A DNA stretch of 64,000 nucleotides from assembly GCA_965287045.1 (NCBI GenBank), contig OZ336882.1, positions 23,188,001 to 23,252,000 on the forward strand, read 5' to 3'. Of the stretch, positions 26,325 to 39,180 are shown piece after piece; position 1 is the stretch's first letter; each line of letters starts with the position of its first letter. The notes under the pieces are model-generated. The model worked only from the letters and a program-made list of their open reading frames with translations, made no database searches and was not told the origin of the DNA. A program made the translations under genes and the position numbers. Source of the stretch: Carcharhinus amblyrhynchos (taxonomy: Eukaryota).

Positions 26325-26552
26325 AGTTAATTTATTTGTGTCACCTAACCAGCACGTGCTGGTTAGGTACATTGTGTCAATGTACCTAACCAGCACGTCT
26401 TTCGCATTTGGGAGGAAACTGCAGCACCCAGAGGAAATCCATGCCAACATGGGTAGAAAGTGCAGACTCTGCACAGTGAGCCAAGCCGGGAATCAAACCC
26501 AGGTCCCTGCGGCTGTGAGGCAGCAGCGCTAACCGCTGCGCCACCATGCCGC
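26325..26552 (-). mobile_element. HE1/V-SINE, internally rearranged, inside an L2-like 3' end
   Basis: SINE head at 26552; local inverted copy acctaaccagcacgtgctggttaggt at 26343-26368. Confidence 0.75.
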
Positions 26553-28310
26553 TTTTGTGAAGTGTCTTGAAATGTGTTAGTATGTCAAAGGTGAGGCATG
26601 ACTACTAGTCATTGTTGTTGGCCTTGCTCAGGCAAATATATTCAGAAAAATGCATAAGGAAACCATGGGGTTTCGTATTGTACAGAGCTGTTCTTACTTA
26701 ATGCTTACTTTGTCATTGAAACTGGACATTCCAAGCTAACAAGATTTTTAGGAATTGGATAGCAACTGCTTAAATTGTTCTTTTCTCTCTTTCTCATTTT
26801 ATGGCAAGTGCCATGCCCAATACAGGGACATCATATTATGAAGTTTCAGACAATATTTTTAAAAGTTGAATACTTTTAACTATTAAATAACTATTAATAA
26901 CTATTAAAAGTGATGCTGCAAATCATCTGCACTTTGGCATTTGAGCTAGTCAGTGTCACGTCTCTGATGAGTACTTGATATGGATTTAGTTGAGGTCACT
27001 TCATAGCCATCCAGGGAATTTGCACTTCTCTTTGCTTAAGGATGGGCCAACACAAAACATTATGGAGCTTGCAGGCTGCCTGTCCCATTGTTTCATACCA
27101 GACAAAAGAGAAGATTGAAACACAATTTTTGGCAGATGACTTCTATTAATCCCCCATTGTATCATAATGCCCTCCCCCATCAAAATTAGGCTAGGTGGGC
27201 CTCAGAAATGTTAACCCCCAGCACAGGATGTGGAATCTGCATGACCACAGCATCTTATTCGGAAAAGATCTTGAACTTGTGAAAAGCCACATGATGAGAC
27301 ATCTATGTTTCTTTTGTCTTTTTCAAAGATCAGATGATAGCAGTTCACTGACCAGATCCAACAGAACCATCAATTCAGCTAATTTGTGAATCAGACTCAG
27401 AAACTTGCTGCATGACATCAACCAGCCAAAATATTTACAGTTTCCAAAGTTCACCAATGAACCAACTTCCTGGATATTTGACTACAAGAAACCTCACAAC
27501 CTGCTGTGAACAAGTACAAGACCCTAACTTCAACAATAAAGCATCAAATCCATTCAAGAAATCAGAACTGCCATGAGTGATCAGAAATCTACAATCTGGA
27601 AGCATTTACTATCTTTACCTGTATCTAATCTTTTTTGCAGCTGGGGTATGTGTGAAACAAAGTGTGACATGTTAAAATAATTTGGGGTAATTTTGTGAGA
27701 ATAAATAACATTTTTTTTATGCTTCATGTTTTGTCGGCATGTTTAAGCCCTGCCCCCTCTGTGATGCCATGAATCACCCCCTCCCCCCCCTCATGTTTTT
27801 TTGGCAGAGTGGTAGAATCTGGACAGAAGACCGACCGGTTTCTCCGGAAAGAAGCTTGCTGGTTTTCTCACCAGAAACAACACTTTGCAATTTTTTGGTA
27901 AGATTTCACCCACGAGATTTTTTTTGTTGCTGTTTCCAGGAACATTATTAAATATATCAGAGCATTTTCAGATATCTATTACACTTCACAATTCAATTCT
28001 GTCTTATCCTGACCTCACCTGGATCCCCACATGTATGCCTTCCTACATGAGTCCCTTGATAACCATCAAGTCCATAACTCTGGCTCATTTTTGCCCTCAT
28101 TAGCCCTGAGATCCTAAGGTCAGGAGTAGATTCCACTATAGCCCATGGTGAGATCAGCTAATTTAGCACAGGCTCACTATTTACTCGATTGTACATTTAC
28201 AGGGATAAGTAACTGGTCACAACATATTTTTATTGGTATATCAACTGGAAAATTGTAATAGAAAATAAATGTTGTTTAACTCCCTTCATCTACCTGTCTA
28301 TTCTATTCAG

Positions 28311-28470
28311 CAAGAAGTCTCACAACACCAGGTCAAAGTCCAATAGTTTATTTGGAACTGGTCCAAAAGCTAGTGATGTTTGTTACAAATAAATCTGTTG
28401 GACTTTAACCTGATGTTGTGAGACTTCTTATTGTGTTTACCCCAGTTCAATGCCAGCAACTCCACATCAT
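28311..28470. repeat. Penelope-terminus-derived fold-back
   Basis: aagaagtctcacaacaccaggtcaaagtccaatagtttatttg is the near reverse complement of caaataaatctgttggactttaacctgatgttgtgagacttctt. Confidence 0.85.
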
Positions 28471-28807
28471 ATTCTATTTAGCTCCAGACAAATCCTAACT
28501 CAAGCCTCTCACATAAAATTCTTGAATCACTTATGGGAAATAGGTGCTGAGGCATTTATTAACATCTTCCTCAGTTTTTGGCTGGAGTACCTTCTCTTAG
28601 ATGAGTTTGCACTAAGATTAAAGAACTCGCTTTATCACTTATGAATGCAAAGTCCAACTGTCAATCCTCAGAATGCCGATGGGAGATTAATCGAAAGTCG
28701 AGAGTAGGTATTCTGATCTCTATTCACCAGAGGGTCTAGATTGCGGCCTCCCGTCTCAAAGTTTGAATACTACCATTGAGCGAGTGTCGCTTTACACAGA
28801 TGGGGAT

Positions 28808-30235
28808 TTTTTTAATTCATTCGTGGGACATGGGAATCAGTGGCTGGTCAGCATTTATTGTCCATCGCTGGTTGCCCTTGAGAATGTGGCGGTGAGCTGC
28901 CTTCTTGAATTGCTGCAGTCCACGTGCTGCGGGTTGTCCCATAATGCCATTAAGGAGGGAATTCCAAGACCTTGACCCAGCACTGGTGACATATTTCCAA
29001 GTCAGGATAGTGAGTGGCTTAGGGGAGAACCTGCAGGTGGTGGTATTCCCATGTATCTGCTGCCCTTGGTTTTGATTTGATGTATTATTGTCATATCTAT
29101 TGGTATACAATGAAAGTATTGTTTCTTGCGCACTATACAGACAAAGCATACCATTCATGGAGTACATAGGAAGAAGGAAAGATGTTGCATGGTGTAGAGA
29201 AAGATTAACTTCATATAATGTAGGTCCATTCAAAATGACAGCAGGGAAAAAGCTGTTTTTCAGTCGATTGGTACATGATGTCAGAATTTTGTATCTTTAT
29301 CCTCATGAAAGAAGGTGGAAGACAGCATGCCCAGGTGCGTGGGGTTCTTGATTACGCTGTCTGATTTTCCGAGGTAGCTGGAAGTGTAGACGAAGTCAAT
29401 GGATTGGAGGTTGGTTTGCATGATGGACTGTGTTATGTTCACAATCCTTTGTAGTTTCTTGCAGTCTTGGACGGAGCAGGAGCCATACCAAGCTGTGATA
29501 CATCCAAAAAGTATGTTTTCTATGGTGCATCTATAAACATTGGTGAGAGAAGGGGCAAACATGCCAAATTTCCTTTGCCTCCTGAGAAAATAGAGGCATT
29601 GGTAGGTTTCCTTATTTATAGTCTTGGCATGGAGGGGCCAGCACAGATCATTGGTGATGTGGACATCTAGAAACCTGAAGCTCTCAACCATTTCCACTTC
29701 ATCCCTATTGGTGTAGACAGGGGCATGTCCTCCATTAGGCTTTCTGAAATTGATGACTATCTCCTTCATTTTACTGACATTGAGGGCAAGATTATTGTCA
29801 TCGCACCATTCCACCAGATTCTCTTTGTGGGTTTGGAAAGATCTAAGAATCTTTGGTGAATTTCTACAGCGTATTTTGTTGATAGCTCATACTGCTGCTA
29901 CTGAGCATCAATGGTGGCGAGAGCAGATGTTTGTGGATGTGGTGTCAATCAAGTGGGCTGCTTTGTCTTGGATGATGTCAAGCTTTGTGAGTGTCGTTGA
30001 AGCTGCACCCATCCAGGCAAGTGGGGAGCATTCCATCACACTCCTGACTTGTGCCTTGTAGATGGTGATCAGGCTTTGGAGAGTTAGGTGGTGAATTACT
30101 CACTGCAATATTTCTAGCCTCTGACTTGCTCACGTAGCCACTGTGTTTATGTGGCGAGTCCAGTTGACTTTCTGATCAATGTAACTCCAAGGATGTTGAC
30201 AGTGGGGCATTCAACAATGGTAACACCATTGGATA
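28808..30235 (-). mobile_element. LINE remnant (CR1/L2 group) interrupted by a Rex1 LINE
   Basis: IYKAQVRSVMECSPLAWMGAAST...LDIIQDKAAHLI coding remnant around 29950-30065; 3' tail at 28808-29070; a related plus-strand copy lies at 43250-43815. Confidence 0.65.
29070..29824 (-). mobile_element. Rex1/Babar LINE, RT C-terminal region and 3' UTR
   Basis: 177-aa ORF WCDDNNLALNVSKMKEIVINFRK...VESFRFL...LYFLRR...YRCTIENILFGCITAWYGSCS; aatcaaatcaaa tail. Confidence 0.85.
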
Positions 30236-31669
30236 CCACTCTAGATATTAATCCCAGCATTTAAAGACCAATAGTCCAGTCTTCACTCTCCTGAGGTTTC
30301 CAGAGTAGCACTAAAACCCTTCTCTTCTAACTCTAAGGTAGAAATATTACAACTAATCAAAAGTTGTACAGTGAACAGTGAATGGAATACAACTGGAGGA
30401 CCCCCTTCTAAAATAAAAACCGAAGCAAATTTAAAGAACTTTTTAAAAACCACAATCATTTATTGTTCAGCTATTTTTGTTTCTTCAGGAAAACTGCCTC
30501 CAGATGTTTCACATCAACATACCACGTGATCACCACTTTGTGGTTCTGTAAGAAGTTAATATGTCTCAAGGGTCTTTTGATTCAAAGTTAATCAATCAAA
30601 TTGACTAAACTAGATGAGAAAAGTATAATGCATTCAGACTTTGCAAACATTTGCCTCTCTGTCATAAAACAAAATTGGGAATTGATATAATCTGAAACAA
30701 TTCCTCAGCCCTCAACCTAATCATCTTTCCTTTACAAGGATATGATTTTGGACTTGAACATGATATAAATCACCGTGTACAAACAGTTAAAGTGGATGCC
30801 TCACTATTCATCCGAGTTACTAACCCTATAAGTCAGCTATCTATAAAATGATTTGTTGGCAAAAGATTATTTTAACGCATGATATTTGGCAAGAGTTTTG
30901 TCAGCAACGTTCATTTCCATTAATTTCATGAATAGGGTGGGTGCTGGTCGCAGTCATAGATTTATACTTATTCTAAAACTGTCTCTACTGAACTCAGATT
31001 ATTGCTTCTAGAAGATTGCAGATCTTATTGTACTGTCCCCATAGACAGTTGAGCTCACCAGAGTCAACAAGGTCAGATCACAACAATCTGATGAATATTC
31101 CCTCTACAAGATTTGCATGTGTGCAGTGAGTACTGGGATTGATTAGAGGAGGATATCCTGAGAACAACAGCTTTCCAAAAGCTGCTACCTGCTGTTCGCA
31201 GTAAAGCTGCCATGTGCCCAATGATAGCAAGACAAGAGAATGTGACCCAAAGATTCTGAATACACATAGCAGTAAGTTACTAACGTAGTTACATATTCAG
31301 AATAATCTATATTCAGAACAGAGGAAAGACCGCCTTCTGTGTCACCTTGTACAAGAATGACAAATGGCAGATTATTGTGTCAATGCTTTTCCAACCATGA
31401 CGGTGGACCTTGGAAGCAGATTAGGAATAAAGTTCCCTGATCTTTGTTGCCAAAGGAAATCATGCCACAGTTTGTCACATTTAATTATGTCTATGGTTAT
31501 AGTATGTAGGCCACAAGTGCTCCAAATATGGTGCAGCATAATCCTCCACATCCAAATTTCCATATCTGTCATCATGCAAGCAGAAATTTGTATCTGACGG
31601 ATAAAAATAGTAATATCGCAAATGATTTCTGTACATTGCAGAATGAGGGCACCGGTATGGATTGATTCT

Positions 31670-32995
31670 TCACAGAATCGCACAATTAATACAGCGCAGA
31701 GGGAGGTCATTTGGTCCATCGTGCCTGCACCAGCTCTTCACAAGCATCATGACTTAAATAAATAAGCTTTAAACTTTAAATATTTAAACTTTCTTTACTC
31801 CCATTCTCTTGCCTTTTCCTCATACCCTGCACATTGTTTCGATTCAAGTAATCATCTAACGCCCTCTTGAATGCTTCCAGGCAGTGCCTTCCTGAACTAC
31901 TTGGCGTGCAAAAACACTTTTTCCTTGCATCACATTTGCTTCTTTTCCAAATCACTTTAAGTCTTTGCCCACTTGTCCTTCATCCTTTTATAGGCAACAT
32001 ATCCCTATCTACTCTGTCCAACCCTCATGATTTTGAACATCCCTATTAAATCTTATCTTAACCTCCTTCTCTTCAAGGAGAACAATCCCAAACGCTTCAG
32101 TCTATCCCCATAACTGAATTTTCTTATCCCTGGAACCATTCTTGTAAACATTTTCTGCACCCTCTCCAGTGCGTTCTCATCCCTCCTATAGCGTGGTATG
32201 TAGACATATACACAATATTTCAGCTGAGGTCTAACCAGTGTCTTGTATAAATTCAGCATAGCCTCCTTACTCTTGTATCCTCTGCCCCTATGAATAAAGC
32301 CCAGAATACAATATGCTTTATTTACTGCTTTTCACTAGTTCTGCCACCTTCAATGATCTGTGCAAAAATACGCCAAGGTCTCTCTGCTCCTGCACCTCTT
32401 TAAGAATTTTACCCTTTGTTTTATATTGTCGCTCCCTGTTCTTCAGGCCTAAATGCATGATCTCACGCTTCTCTACATTGAACTTCATCGGTCACCAATC
32501 TGCCCCACTTCACTTTTTGAAGTTCTACACTGTTCTCTTCACAGTTTATAATACTATGTGTTTTGTATCATCTGCAAATTTTGAAACTGTACCCTGCACA
32601 TCAAGATCTAGGTCATTTATAATATATATTAGAAAAAGCAAGGGTTCCAGTAACAATCCCTGGGGAACACCACTACAAATCTTCCTCTGACCTGAAAAAT
32701 TGCCCATTAATCTCTGCTTCCTATTATGCAGCCAAAGTTATATCCATGCTTCTGCCCTCCCTTTAATTCCATTAGCTATAACTTTTCTCACAAGTCTGTT
32801 GTGGTACTGTAACGAATGCTTTCTGAAATGTACAGCATTACTCCCATGGAACCTTTCTGTTACCTCCTCAAAAGTCTCCAACAAGTTAGTTAAACATAAT
32901 TTCCCCTTTAGCATTCCATGCAGCTTTTACCTAATCAACCCACAATTTTCCATGTGATTACGAATGTTATCTCAAATAATTATTTCTAGAAGCTT
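31670..32995 (-). mobile_element. CR1 LINE RT to 3' end
   Basis: MLNLYKTLVRPQLKYCV...ALERVQKMFTRMVPG...LGLFSL (ORF 32053-32259), with SKFADDTK upstream. Confidence 0.85.
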
Positions 32996-33009
32996 GAAAT
33001 TCTTGTTGT

Positions 33010-33480
33010 CAGTTACCTGCACATTAATGGAATGAAGTCATTGTCTATTTTTGCAAACCATAAAACTGTTGTTAGAGGAGCAGGTGGCCACGTGTATGCT
33101 GTAAACAAGAACCTGCACTTTGGAAAACCTGCCACTTGGTACAAATGCTGGCCTCTTTCCACTGTGTAAAAAAAATAGGCATTTTGTTTGGCAAAGAAGG
33201 TTTCTGTCATTTTTTTAATACAGCAATGCACAGAAGGCAAATCAATTTAACAAATGTCAACAGTGATGGCTAGGGAGGATCCAATATCAAAAGAAAACTG
33301 AATGCTGTGTTCACCTTCTTAGTCACAGGTTGGCCCTTGATGGAACTTGTCTTGGTGTCCTATGCAATGACAGCATGCCATGCAAAGCATAAACAATGAA
33401 GACAGGCCCCTACAGACAAAGCCAGGCTTAAATGCATTCATCTTGGTTGACAACACCTCTGGTACAATTCACCTGCCTTT
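33010..33480 (-). pseudogene. Decayed PIF/Harbinger (HARBI1-like) transposase fragment
   Basis: Minus-strand remnants IGSSLAITVDIC*IDLPSVHCCIKKMTETFF, VAGFP(K)VQVLVYSIHVA and NRQ*LHSINVQV follow the order of the Harbinger motifs TGS..VGD..GISQ.SV, AGFP.V.G.IDCTH and NRKG.HSINVQ. Confidence 0.7.
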
Positions 33481-33821
33481 GTTTGCTCCTCGCAGACTTG
33501 GACTGTCATAGGAATGCTAAAATGAAACCTCATATTGCACGATTCCTTTGGTCTCCTTGACAATGAAGTTGGTCTGATATTTTACCTGGACAATGCGGTT
33601 CATTACGAACACAAGTCGGTTGACACTAAACCTGTCCAGATTATATAAAGCTTTCACTGAGTTGATGAATAGACAACCTGACTGTAATAACTCCGGAAGC
33701 CTGACTGGAAAAGAATGATATTTATTGTCAAACACAAAATAAAGCCACTATTCTATGGTGTACATACATAAATCCCTTCCCAAAGTCTGCCTTATGAAGT
33801 GCTCAAGTGACAAGTTCCAAT

Positions 33822-34115
33822 AGGGCGGCACGGCGGTACAGTGTTTAGCACTGCTACCTCACACCAACAGAGACGCAGGTTTGATTCTCAGCTTGGGCCA
33901 TTGTCTGCGGAGTCTGCACGTTCTACCCTTGTCTGTGTGGGTTTCCTTCGGGTGCCCCGGTTTCCACCTATAGTCCAAGATGTGCGGGTTAGGTGCCATG
34001 CTAAATTCTCCCTCAGTGTACCCAAAGGGGCGCCAGAGTGTGGCGATTAGGGGATTTTTCACAGTAATTTCATTGCAGTGTGAATATAAGCCTATTTATA
34101 ACAATAACAAATAAA
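33822..34115 (+). mobile_element. HE1/V-SINE
   Basis: gggcggcacggcggtacagtgtttagcactgc head; cagtaatttcattgcagtg...aataaaataaa tail. Confidence 0.85.
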
Positions 34116-34514
34116 ATAAAACCCTGGATCAGTCATTGCCTATTACTGAGGGAACTTGTATTCAAAGAGGCCCACAGGAAGATCAATTAGAGATTCCCTA
34201 TGGAGTTCATGTTATCGCATTCACATTAAGCCTAAATGGTGCAGTAAGTATTATTTACAGCCCCAGAGTGAGTCTTTAGATGCTGCATCATGATGGTTTC
34301 CTTTATGGGCTACCCATTATTTTATTAAGAAGGGACAGGCCTTCACTTAGCCCACACTGATGCTGGACAGCCTAGAAGTAGAGTTTATATAAAAGCAAAG
34401 AAATACAGAAATAATAATAGAAAGTACTGGAAATATTGGGCAGCTCTGGCAGCATCTCTGGAGAGAGAAACAGAGCAAATGTTTTGAGTAGATACTCTTC
34501 TTTAGCACTCAAAA

Positions 34515-37500
34515 TGGATCAGATATTTTGGAAAGACAGCAAGCTGGGAAAAGATGGTGGGGTAGCTCTACTGACTGAAATTGGCAAAAGTAGCCGGAAA
34601 AATGAATTCATAGAATATATTTGATGCAATTTCTTACAGCAGTATATTCTAGTGCCAACCAGGGAGCCAGATATTCTGGGCTTAGAAACGTAGAAACTAG
34701 AGGCAGGAGTTGGTCATTCAGCCCTCGAGCCTTCTCCGCCATTCATTTTGATCATGGCTGATCATTGGAATCAATATCCTGGTCCACCTCTTCCCCATAT
34801 TCCTTGAACCCTTTATCACCAAAAGCTTTATCTAATTTCTTCTTGAAATCAGACAATGTATTGACTTGAGATACTTTCTGTGGTAGTGATTCCACACATT
34901 CTTTACCCTCTGGGTGGAGAAAATTTCCTCACCTCAGTCCTAAAAGGTTTACCCCTTATCCTCAAACTACAACCCCTAATTCCCCACCATTGGGACATAA
35001 GAGAGGGGATTAAGGGTTATGGGGAGAGGGCGGGTATGTGGAACTGAGCCAAGACAGATCAGCCATGATCTTATTGAATGGCGGGGCAGGCTCGAAGGGT
35101 TAGTTGGCCTACTCCTGCTCCTATTTCTTATGTTCTTATTCTTTCTGAACCTACCCTGACTCACCCTGTTAGAATTTTGTACATTTCTGTAAGGTCCCCT
35201 CTCACTCTTCTAAACTCCAGTGAATATATTCCTAACCAACTTAGTTTCTTAGACCTGGTAGTGTGCAATGAGACAGAATTAATTAATAACCTTGCAGCAA
35301 AGATGTGCTATTAGGCTGATTGGAGGTAATAAATTGTCCCTAAATTAGTTTTCCCTCAATGTGAAATGCCATAAGCATAGATAAGGGTCATGGGTGGAGG
35401 GGGGACTGGTAATGTTAAAATGGCAGCATGGGCTCGTTGGGCCGAAGGGCCTGTTTCCTGGGCTGTTTTTGTTCTTTGTTCTTTGTTCAGTAAAGGACAG
35501 TGTTCATAACATGATAAAATTTCACATTCAGTTTGAAGGTGAGAAGCGTACATCCATGACTAATGTTTTAAACTTAAATACAGATACAACTTTTTATGAC
35601 TAATTTTTTGTATTCATTCGAGGGCCAGGGGCATTGCTGGCTGGCCAGCATTTATTACTCATCCACAGTTACAATCACATTGCTGTGCTTTTGGAGTCAC
35701 ATGTAGGCCAGACCAGATAAAGACAGCAGTTTTCCTTCCCTAAAGGACATTAGTGAAGCAGATGGGTCGTGCCAACAATTGACAATGGTTTCATGGTTAT
35801 CCATCGATTCTTAATTCCAGATTTTTTTATTGAGTTCAATTCTACCATCTACTGCAGTGGGATTCGAACACGGTTCCCCAGAATGTTAGCTGAGTTTCAG
35901 GGGTAATAGTCTAGTGATACCACAAGGCCATCGCCTTCCTCTAAATAAACTGGGAACCTAAATTATGAAGTAAGTCAGCAAAAATGCAGTGGCAGACTTT
36001 GAAGGTTATATTTAATAATTCACAGCAAAGATTTATCCCAGTGAGAAAGAATCTTTGCAAAGGATACGTTATCCATGGCTAAAAGAGGGAGTAAGGATAG
36101 TATCAATTTTTAAAAAAAGACTGTGTAAGTCTGTGAAAAATTAGAGACAAGTTAGAAGATTGGATAGATGTTAAGAACCAACAAAGACTGAGTAATAAAC
36201 TAAAGCTGGATTAATTAGAGTGCAGAAATATAAAACAGGTATTAAGAGTTTCTACAATTATTGAAAAAGGGAAAAAAAAGTAACTAAAGCGAGCGCTGGC
36301 TGCTGGGAATTAATAATGGAAAAGAGGAAAATGGCAAAAGTGTTGAACAGGTATTTTGTGGCTGTCTTCACTGCAGAAGCCTAAGAGAAATTCCTAAGAT
36401 CCTTGAAAATCATGGAGGAACATAAAACAATCATAATCATCAGGGAAAACGTACAGAGAAAATGATTAGTCCACAGGACCTGATGGCCTGCATCCTTCAA
36501 AGAAATGGTTGCTGAAATTGTGGAGACATTGGTTATCTTCTTCCAAAATTCCTTAGATTCTGGAAGGGTCCCAGCAGATTAATAAATAGTTAGGGCAATG
36601 CCTTTACTCAAGAAAGGAGAGAGGCAGAAAGCAGGAAACTATAGGTCAGCTAAACATCTGCCGCAGGGAAATTGCTGAAATCAGTGATTACAGAGGTCAC
36701 AGCAGGATTCTTGGAAAATCATAACGGGATTGGGCTTAGTCAACATGGTTTTTTGAAAAGGAAATCGTGTTCAACTTATTTGTAATGCTCCTTGAGGAAT
36801 TAACAAGAAAGATTGATCAAGGGAAACCTGTATTTGTGTTGTACTTGGATTTTTAAAAGAAATTTGATAAAGGGCCACATCAACGTTTACTGATCAAAGT
36901 AAAAGCTCACTGTGTAGGGGTAACATATTAATACAGATAAAGGATTAGTTTGCTAATAGGATGCAGAGAGTACGGATAGATGGGTCTGTTTCAGATCGGC
37001 AAAATCTATATAAATGACTGGACTGAATGAATTAAATGCATGGTAGTTATATTTTCTAATGGCACAAAGATTGGTCGAAAAGTAAATGGTCAAGAGAAGG
37101 TGAATGCATGTAAACAATTTCAGTGACTGGGAAAAAATCTGGCAGAAGGAATATAATGCGAACTTTACCACTTTGACAAAAAGATAGAAAAACAGCATTG
37201 TACGTAAATGGAGAGAAATTGCAGAACTTGATGAAACAGAGGGATCTGGGTGTCCTGGTACATAAATCACAAAAAGCTAGTGGGCGGGATCTCTAGTCCA
37301 CATTCACCGTCCACGGGATCAGTGGTGGGCCTCAATATCCAGCGAAACCTGGCAGTTGCAAGACTTGCCAGATTCATGTCCGCAATGGGCAAGAACTTTA
37401 TTTACATGCATTTTAATGTATTTCCATATCAATAAAGAACCCCCCCGTCCCTGCCAGATATTGAGCCCCAACGTATTTTCAAACCTCACTGATGCGATGT

Positions 37501-38880
37501 CACATTGGCGAGGTTTACAGCAGGTTCACCCAGACGTGAACCTGTTGTGGAGATTCCACCCAGGGCATAAAGGTGAGTATAGGACTCCTGGGGAGAGCCA
37601 TGGTCTGGCAGTGACCTGGCCTAATCCCTGGCCCTGGCACTGGTTTGTATTGGATCCATGCCAACCTGGATGCACCAACATGGATGTACCAACCTGGCAG
37701 TGCCAACCAGCAGAACCAACCCTTGCCAGGGACAGTGGCAGGGGCAGACCTCAGTGGGAGCCTCATGGGGAAGGGGGTGGATGGATTCATTTATTTGTGG
37801 TGGTGGAGATCAGGCGTGCGAGCAGGGGGTGCCAATGTTAGCCGTTTGGCCAGGGAGTGCCGGCAATGGAAGTTTGGGGGGGATACCAGTGATGGGTGTT
37901 TGGGTGGGGGGAAAAGGGTCCAAGGTTTGGAGTGAAAGTGAGGTGCGGATGTGGCACTGGCTGTCTGGCTGTTGAGGGGTTGGGGGAAGAGGTCTAATGT
38001 TTGTGAGGAAGGGTGCCATCTCTGATTGAGAGGGTGAGGGAGCTCATTGCTTTGTCTGATTGGGACGCCCTTTAAACATGGTGCCCCAATCTCAGTACAG
38101 CCGAGCTTTGCTGGCATATTGGGTCCCCGCTCTCCACATGACAGAGTGAAACACATCACCTCTTTTTATATGGCAGAGTGTAGTAGGATCCGGAGAGAAA
38201 ACCGGCATGTTTCGCTGGAGAGAAGCACACAGTTTTCTCACTGGAATCAACACTCTGCCATTTTTTGGTAAGGTCCCCCCAGTATACAGGTACAGCAAAT
38301 GATTCTGAAGGCAAATTAATGGTAGCATTTATTACAAGGGGAACGGAATATAAAAATAGCTTAAGTTTTATTTAGCAGCTGTAAAGGGCTTTGGTGAGGC
38401 AATATATGATGTACTGTGTTCTGTTTTGGTCTCTTTACTTGAAGAAGAAAACACTTGTGTTCGAAACAGTTCATAGAAGGTTCACTTGATTCAGTTCTGG
38501 GATAAAGGATTAATGAAGAAAGTTTGAACAGATTGGGCCAATACCCATTAGGATTCAGATGAACGAGAAGTGAACTTGTTGAAACATATGATATCCTTAG
38601 GGGACTTGATAGGATGGATACAAGGAAGATCATGAGGGAACAGTATAAAAATAAGACGTTTCCCTGTTAAGATGAGGGTGAGAATTTCTTTCCCTCACAG
38701 GGGCATTCATCTGTGGAATTCTATTCCCCACAAAGCAGTGGAGGCTGGGTCACTGCATTTATTTATAGCTGAGTGAAATAAATTTTTGATGGGCAAGGGA
38801 ATAGAGGGCTATGGGAGGAGGACAGGGAAAGTGAGTTGAGGCCATAATCATATCAGCCATAATCTTGTTGAATGATGAAT
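34515..38880 (+). mobile_element. Old CR1 LINE host broken by several nested insertions
   Basis: Colinear CR1 pieces: GGGVALL (34555), LDLVVCNE (35250), LNRYFVAVFT (36342), QHGFLKRKSC (36741), YLDFKKKFDK (36842), RDLGVLVH (37240) and 3' UTR (38800), separated by younger CR1 tails, SINEs and a GC-rich element. Confidence 0.75.
37281..38280. mobile_element. ~1-kb GC-rich non-autonomous DNA transposon (Harbinger-type)
   Basis: Starts gggcgggatct, ends aggtcccccc; the host CR1 sequence aaaagctagt|atacaggtacagcaa resumes directly after it. Related blocks lie at 12085-13080 and 48515-49350. Confidence 0.65.
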
Positions 38881-39180
38881 CACAGAATCCCTACAGTACA
38901 GAAGGAGGCCATTCGGTCCATCAAGCCTGCACCAACGACAATTCCAACCAGGCCGTGTCGCCGTGACCCCATGTATTTAGCCTGCTAATTCCCCCTGACA
39001 CCAATGAACAACTTAACATGGCCAATCAACCTACCCTTCACATCTTTGAACTGTGGGAGGAGACCAGAGCATCTGGAGGACATGGGGAGAATGTGCACAC
39101 AATAATTCAAAGCTATAATTAAACCTGGGTCCTTGGTGCCGTAAGGCAGCACTGCTAACCACTGTGCCACCATGCCGCCT
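38880..39180 (-). mobile_element. HE1/V-SINE
   Basis: tRNA-like head ggcggcatggtggcacagtggttagc on the minus strand; CR1-type tail. Confidence 0.85.

Noticed and set aside
26990-27720. LTR-like or ERV-like block
   Set aside because: Composition is suggestive, but I could not fix termini, a TSD or a second copy.
37356-38328. Cluster of overlapping 70-160 aa ORFs
   Set aside because: By-product of a GC-rich non-autonomous transposon; no recognisable domain. The same applies to 11476-13094 and 48519-49033.
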